DNA from: Candidatus Omnitrophota bacterium
Lineage (GTDB): Bacteria > Omnitrophota > Gorgyraeia > Gygaellales > Profunditerraquicolaceae
Direction of reading: 5' to 3'
DNA: 64,000 bases
Assembly: GCA_026387405.1 (NCBI GenBank)
Contig: JAPLLV010000025.1
Span: 44,009-108,008 of the forward strand
Below, in pieces: positions 62,780 to 64,000 of this stretch. The notes below the pieces were generated by a model. The model saw only the letters and a list, made by a program, of their open reading frames with translations. It was not told where the DNA came from and ran no database searches. Each line of letters begins with the position of its first letter. Position 1 is the stretch's first letter. The position numbers were made by a program, and so were the translations under genes.

Positions 62780-63291
62780 TTGTACAGGAGTTGATCCTAT
62801 TAGGTCTGTTAAAGGAAAGCCCCAAGCACGGTTATGAGATAAAAAAGAAGATCAAGGAGATCTTTCAGCTTTTTGCCGGCGCCGAAATAAAATCCATATA
62901 TTATCCCCTATCCGTATTGGAAAAAAAAGGCCTGGTGGCAAAAAAAGCGAGAAGATACGGCAGACGCCCGGCGTGTTTTGTCTATTGTCTTACCCCCAAA
63001 GGACAGTCCCGTTTTTATGAACTTCTGAGCAAGAGCTTCCTTAATTTTAAAAGGCCGCAGTTTAGCCTGGACCTGAGCTTATATTTTCTCTCTTTTGCCA
63101 AGTCCGCCGTGGCTAAAAGAAGGTTACGCGCGCGTATGCAGGTTTTGGGCCGTTTAATTAAGTCTATGCGGCAGATGACCGATGCTACGGAAAATAAATC
63201 TTCATTATCGCTTTCGCGCATCCTTGACCATAACCTGCAGATGGTAGAGGCAGAGTCAAAGTTCCTCGCGGGGCTTATCCGCACATTATGA
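62776..63291 (+). CDS. PadR-family transcriptional regulator
   Basis: N-terminal winged helix [19 protein letters not shown]…[13 protein letters not shown]. Confidence 0.65.
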   Translation: MIVQELILLGLLKESPKHGYEIKKKIKEIFQLFAGAEIKSIYYPLSVLEKKGLVAKKARRYGRRPACFVYCLTPKGQSRFYELLSKSFLNFKRPQFSLDLSLYFLSFAKSAVAKRRLRARMQVLGRLIKSMRQMTDATENKSSLSLSRILDHNLQMVEAESKFLAGLIRTL

Positions 63292-63353
63292 TAAAGTGAG
63301 TTCTTTTTTTCCTTTGCCTGCACGAAAAATATCGCACAAAAAAAGGAGGGAAA

Positions 63354-63617
63354 ATGAAACTAACGATGCTTTTGACAGGGTTCTTGGTATCGTTTGCGGG
63401 CATTGTGATCGGCCTGTTCCTGATAAAAAAACCCGGCCGCGTCATCGATCTACAAAAGGCTTTTTATCTGGGCATTAACTGGAAGATGGAGCCGGTTTCA
63501 TTATCCAGGGAAATAACCTCTACCCGCATTATGGGTTTTCTTTTAACTGTAATCTCTGTTTTATCGTTTTTAGTTTGTCTCGTCCGTTTCCCCCACGTTT
63601 TTCTTTCAAGGTGTTAA
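63354..63617 (+). CDS. small two-helix membrane protein, unknown function
   Basis: AGGAGG SD 7 nt upstream; two hydrophobic helices. Confidence 0.35.
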   Translation: MKLTMLLTGFLVSFAGIVIGLFLIKKPGRVIDLQKAFYLGINWKMEPVSLSREITSTRIMGFLLTVISVLSFLVCLVRFPHVFLSRC

Positions 63618-63734
63618 TAAGCGGAACCCGCTTGCTGCGAGGTGCTTAGGGATCCTTGAAATATGGGTAAAAATAGTGTATACTTAGAGTGATAAAAAAT
63701 TGTAAATTGCCTAGGTGGCATTATAGGCAATGGA

Positions 63735-63781
63735 TGCCACGGATTTAAGAGGTCTTAGCCTCTATCCGTGGTTTTTTATTT
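63735..63781 (+). terminator. intrinsic-terminator-like hairpin inside a larger nested-palindrome structure
   Basis: CCACGGAT-(19 nt loop with an inner AGAGG/CCTCT stem)-ATCCGTGG followed by TTTTTTATTT. The additional stems ATTGCCTA/TAGGCAAT and GTGGCAT/ATGCCAC lie upstream, outside these coordinates, in the 63697-63734 part of the structure. Confidence 0.5.
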
Positions 63782-63825
63782 GCACAGGGTGCACAGATTT
63801 GCGGAGGTGGCGTTTTAATTAGAGA

Positions 63826-63853
63826 TTGACAGGCATTGATTGAGTGATAATAT
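63826..63853 (+). promoter_or_regulatory. sigma70-like promoter reading toward the window end
   Basis: TTGACA at 63826-31, 16 nt spacer, TAATAT at 63848-53. Confidence 0.45.
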
Positions 63854-64000
63854 GAGGATAAAGAAATACGAATTTCCGGAAGCAGGGACAAAAAAGCCTG
63901 CCTACCGGCAGGCAGGGAGGTGTTGAAGTGCGGGGGCAGATTCGCCGGCGTTTTATAAGATGGCGCGTAGGCCATGAGATTAAGCTCTCGGTAGAAGATT

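Noticed and set aside
63745-63975. 76-aa minus-strand ORF at the window end
   Set aside because: It overlaps the terminator/promoter region and the putative small-RNA start. Pro/Ala-rich with no RBS.

Overview
This 64 kb window comes from a bacterium of moderately low GC by eye, probably an uncultivated anaerobic diderm. An outer-membrane-type beta-barrel ending in Phe, an O-antigen-ligase-like gene and ArnT/PMT-like GT-C enzymes point that way; the phylum cannot be told from sequence alone. I found no rRNA, tRNA, CRISPR array or transposase.

Positions 1-36.8 kb form one very dense glycoconjugate-biosynthesis island, largely co-directional and with overlapping stop/start codons. It holds:
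- seven GT-C-fold polytopic membrane glycosyltransferases (ArnT/PMT_2-like), one of them frameshifted;
- a Dpm1/ArnC-like polyprenyl-phosphate-sugar synthase (GT2);
- eight further GT2/GT4/GT8 enzymes, an O-antigen-ligase-like protein and three SGNH hydrolase paralogues, one fused to TPR repeats;
- nine radical-SAM enzymes interleaved with the transferases: four cobalamin-binding class-B and five with Cys-rich SPASM/twitch C-termini.

Downstream of the island:
- a leader with an intrinsic terminator, then tandem D-Ala-D-Ala-ligase-family ATP-grasp genes translationally coupled to a lysine 2,3-aminomutase (KamA) gene;
- an EF-G paralogue lacking the catalytic switch-II His, immediately followed by an N-terminally truncated, P-loop-less YchF/Ola1 homologue;
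- purH, folC, mnmE and folE, of which three carry in-frame insertions of repetitive DNA (two small dispersed palindromic elements plus heptanucleotide tandem repeats);
- a SGNH hydrolase, a PKD lipoprotein and a beta-barrel protein;
- a PAS sensor / 7TM histidine kinase / three receiver-protein signalling cluster;
- comM (minus strand), a DUF212 protein, a LysM-L,D-transpeptidase, accA and a PadR regulator.

The window ends with a structured terminator-like region, a strong sigma70-like promoter and a possible small RNA start. All family assignments are from motif reading by eye; no database search was possible.
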